This document shows positions 51,312-53,394 of a stretch of DNA of 53,394 bases, piece after piece. The number at the start of each line of letters is the position of its first letter. Position 1 is the stretch's first letter. The notes beneath the pieces are model-generated. The model was not told the origin of the DNA. It made no database searches and saw nothing but the letters and a program-made list of their open reading frames with translations. The stretch is from positions 2,666,001 to 2,719,394 of the forward strand of contig JAYWIR010000031.1 in assembly GCA_036172245.1 (NCBI GenBank). Direction: 5' to 3'. The position numbers were made by a program, and so were the translations under genes. The stretch comes from Raillietiella orientalis (Eukaryota).

Positions 51312-52933
51312 ATGGCATCCTTGCCTGAGGACACCACGATGGAGGTAGAAGTGGTGGAGGCTTGCCCACCCCCACAGCCTACAGAATCAGAGGCGTCCGC
51401 CCCAGAATCGACCTCGCCGCCCAAGGCGAGGAGCTGGAGCGCCATGGTGGCCGCGCCCAGCGGGGAGGCCATGGCCGAGATGGCTGCCTACCGGGTAGCT
51501 GGGAACAAGCGCAGCCTAGTTAATCAGGTAGGCAACCTCTTTGATGGGCGAACTGCACGCGCCTTCACGAATGCGCTGCAGAACGCCAATATTCTGGAAA
51601 AGGACCTTGACGGTCTCTCCGTGCTTAGCGGGGGTCAGCGCGTCGAGGTTGTCTGTAAGGACATTACCTTGGCGCAAAGCCTAATCACCACCCCGCTGAA
51701 CATAAACGGGCGAAGATCCTGCCAGTCACGATGGACCGCTCCGTAGTGGTCCATCTGACTGGCATCACCAGCCGCATGACGCGGTCTGCGGTTGGTGAAC
51801 AATTAAGAAAATACGGTGAGGTGCACGCGCTGTGGCCTAAACCCACGATTTTTAACGGCTATGATAGCCTTTTCAGGGGGCAGGCCGCCGCGCGTGTTAC
51901 CGTGAACGAGGGTGGAGCGCTACCTCACAAGCTGGAGGTCTACCAAGAGCCGGTGGACCTCTGGTTCGTGGGGAAACACCGCTACTGCGGGTACTGTAAT
52001 GCAGTAGGACACCTCCGCAAAAGGTGCCCGAATATACAGTGCCACTTGTGCGGGGAGCGGGGCCACGTTCAACGCGTGTGCTTCAAGCGCCCCACCCCGG
52101 TGCCACCTGCCGCCAAAAAGGCGCAGGTGAAGAAGGAGAAAAAGCTCGCAAGACCTAAAGTAGAAAGTGGCCGGCAGAAACTGCCAGCACCTCAACCTCC
52201 GGCACAAAAGCCGGAGGATAAGCCTTCCCAAGTAGTGGGAGGGAAAGAGGGCTTGCAGGTTGTTAAGGCCAGAAAGGCGAAGAAAGGTCCATCCGCGGAG
52301 AAGAAAGAGCGTAAGACGGTGGGTAAGCCGAAAAAACCCGGTCCGCGCTCGAAAACTCTGCGCGAGTGCACGGTGGCACTGGAACGCATCGTCGTTCCCG
52401 AGGCTGCCACTCGGGGCGACGAGCCTCCCCTCGCCGTTTCCGACGCGCCCGAGATTCGCGACGGCGAACCCTCTGTTTACACAGAGGGTGAGCCGCGCGC
52501 AGGTGAGTGCGACCTGGGGGCCGGAAGTGCATCCTCCTCGTCGGAGGCACCCCCCCGGAAGACGATACGCAAGTCCCAAAAGCCGAGGAGGCGCCTCCCC
52601 TCCACCAGTGAGGAGGAGAAGACGGAAGCCGTCGCCAGCGTGGGAAATTCGGAGGAGGAATTCCCACGCTCGGAAGCCGTCGAGCAGGCCACCCCCATGG
52701 AGGAGGGTGAACAGGGGGGTGAAGTCCCCCCTGCAGGCGCCGACCCTGAACAGCCCGCCCCCATGGAGGAGGGCGAACAAGTAGGCGCGACCCCACCTGT
52801 GGGTGACCCGCTGGACGCGCAGTTTCCTATGGAGGAGGGGGACCAGGTGCCTTCAGCACCTGACCCTCCTCCTCTACCTAGCGTCCCGCCCCAGCAGGTG
52901 GCGTACGCCGCATCGCCGTTTTTTCTGGACTAA
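51312..52933 (+). pseudogene. LINE ORF1p (RRM-like region, 2 CCHC knuckles, basic linker, acidic repeat tail), single frameshift
   Basis: ORFs 51291-51746 and 51731-52933 join through one indel; homologous pieces occur in T1, T4, T8, T12 and T14. Confidence 0.85.
52692..52850 (+). repeat. 66-bp (22-aa) tandem repeat in the ORF1 tail, PMEEG x3
   Basis: CC(C/T)ATGGAGGAGGG recurs at ~52694, 52760 and 52826. Confidence 0.85.
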
Positions 52934-53394
52934 CACCTGGGCTCGCCAGTCGCCGTCGGATTCGCGCCGCCTGTTGGAATGTCAACGGGCTGCGCGACGA
53001 CGGTAACAGGCGAGATACAGCCGACACCCTGCTGGGAGTTCGACCTGGCCCTGTTGCAGGAGATCCACGTGATCACCGCGGCAGACGTCCAGGAGATCGA
53101 GACGATCGCGGGGAGTCGGCTGTACTGGCAATGCGGCATCCGCAACACCTGCGGGGTCGCGTTCTTCGTGAAGACGGCCATCGACGCTGCCGTGAAGGGC
53201 GTGCGCTTCGCTGACGACGGTCGGGTCGGTCAGCTAATTCTCAGCTGGTCCGACTCGATCGAACTGATCGTCACGAATGTGTACGCCCCCAGCGGTAAAC
53301 AGGGATACAGCGACCGCACCAGGCTGCTGGAATCCCTGAAGCGCGACTGGCTGGCGGACACGAACGTGCGGAAGGCTCACCTGATAGCGGGAGA

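Larger units (their letters stand above)
50971..53394 (+). mobile_element. Tx1 LINE T17: best-preserved copy, with 5' UTR, ORF1 (type A) and ORF2 endonuclease running off the window
   Basis: ORF1 51312-52933 with one frameshift at ~51710 and CGYCNAVGHLRKRC-NIQ-CHLCGERGHVQRVC. ORF2 from 52933 reads CWNVNGLR, LLQEIH, NTCGVAFFVK, TNVYAPSG, LIAG, with one frameshift at ~53032. Confidence 0.93.

Noticed and set aside
51920..52780. Long antisense ORFs (also 32978-33886 +, 26839-27468 +)
   Set aside because: Shadows of GC-rich LINE ORFs; no independent domain content.
52918..52924. G_TTT_TTT slippery-like site before the ORF1 stop, with ORF2 in the -1 frame
   Set aside because: Not present at the other three ORF1/ORF2 junctions; the conserved feature is the TAA overlap.
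1..53394. CRISPR arrays, rRNA, tRNA or prokaryotic operons
   Set aside because: None seen; spliceosomal introns and LINEs show the DNA is eukaryotic.

Overview
Eukaryotic (intron-containing, most likely invertebrate animal) genomic DNA in two halves. The left ~24 kb is AT-rich and gene-bearing: 3' exons of a DRAK/STK17-type kinase (+), a complete SPCS1 (-), a complete TAF11 (+, 42-45 nt introns), an intronless NUDT8 (-) and a divergent TXNL1-like thioredoxin with CGPS instead of CGPC and a Cys-rich tail (-). It also holds a perfect 199-bp inverted repeat, a hAT-type MITE and orphan decayed frames. The right ~28 kb (25.1 kb to the end) is a GC-rich mosaic of about 17 abutting fragments of diverged L1/Tx1-clade non-LTR retrotransposons in both orientations, with two ORF1 lineages, interrupted by older CR1/L2- and RTE-like remnants. 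Comparing the copies by eye shows three shared features. First, ORF1's TAA overlaps the first ORF2 codon, which is ATG in only one of four copies (others ACA, ATA, AAA). Second, the 3' end is a conserved hairpin-rich sequence without a long poly(A) tail. Third, three head-to-head junctions resemble twin-priming 5' inversions. All calls come from manual reading; TE fragment boundaries are approximate (tens of bp).
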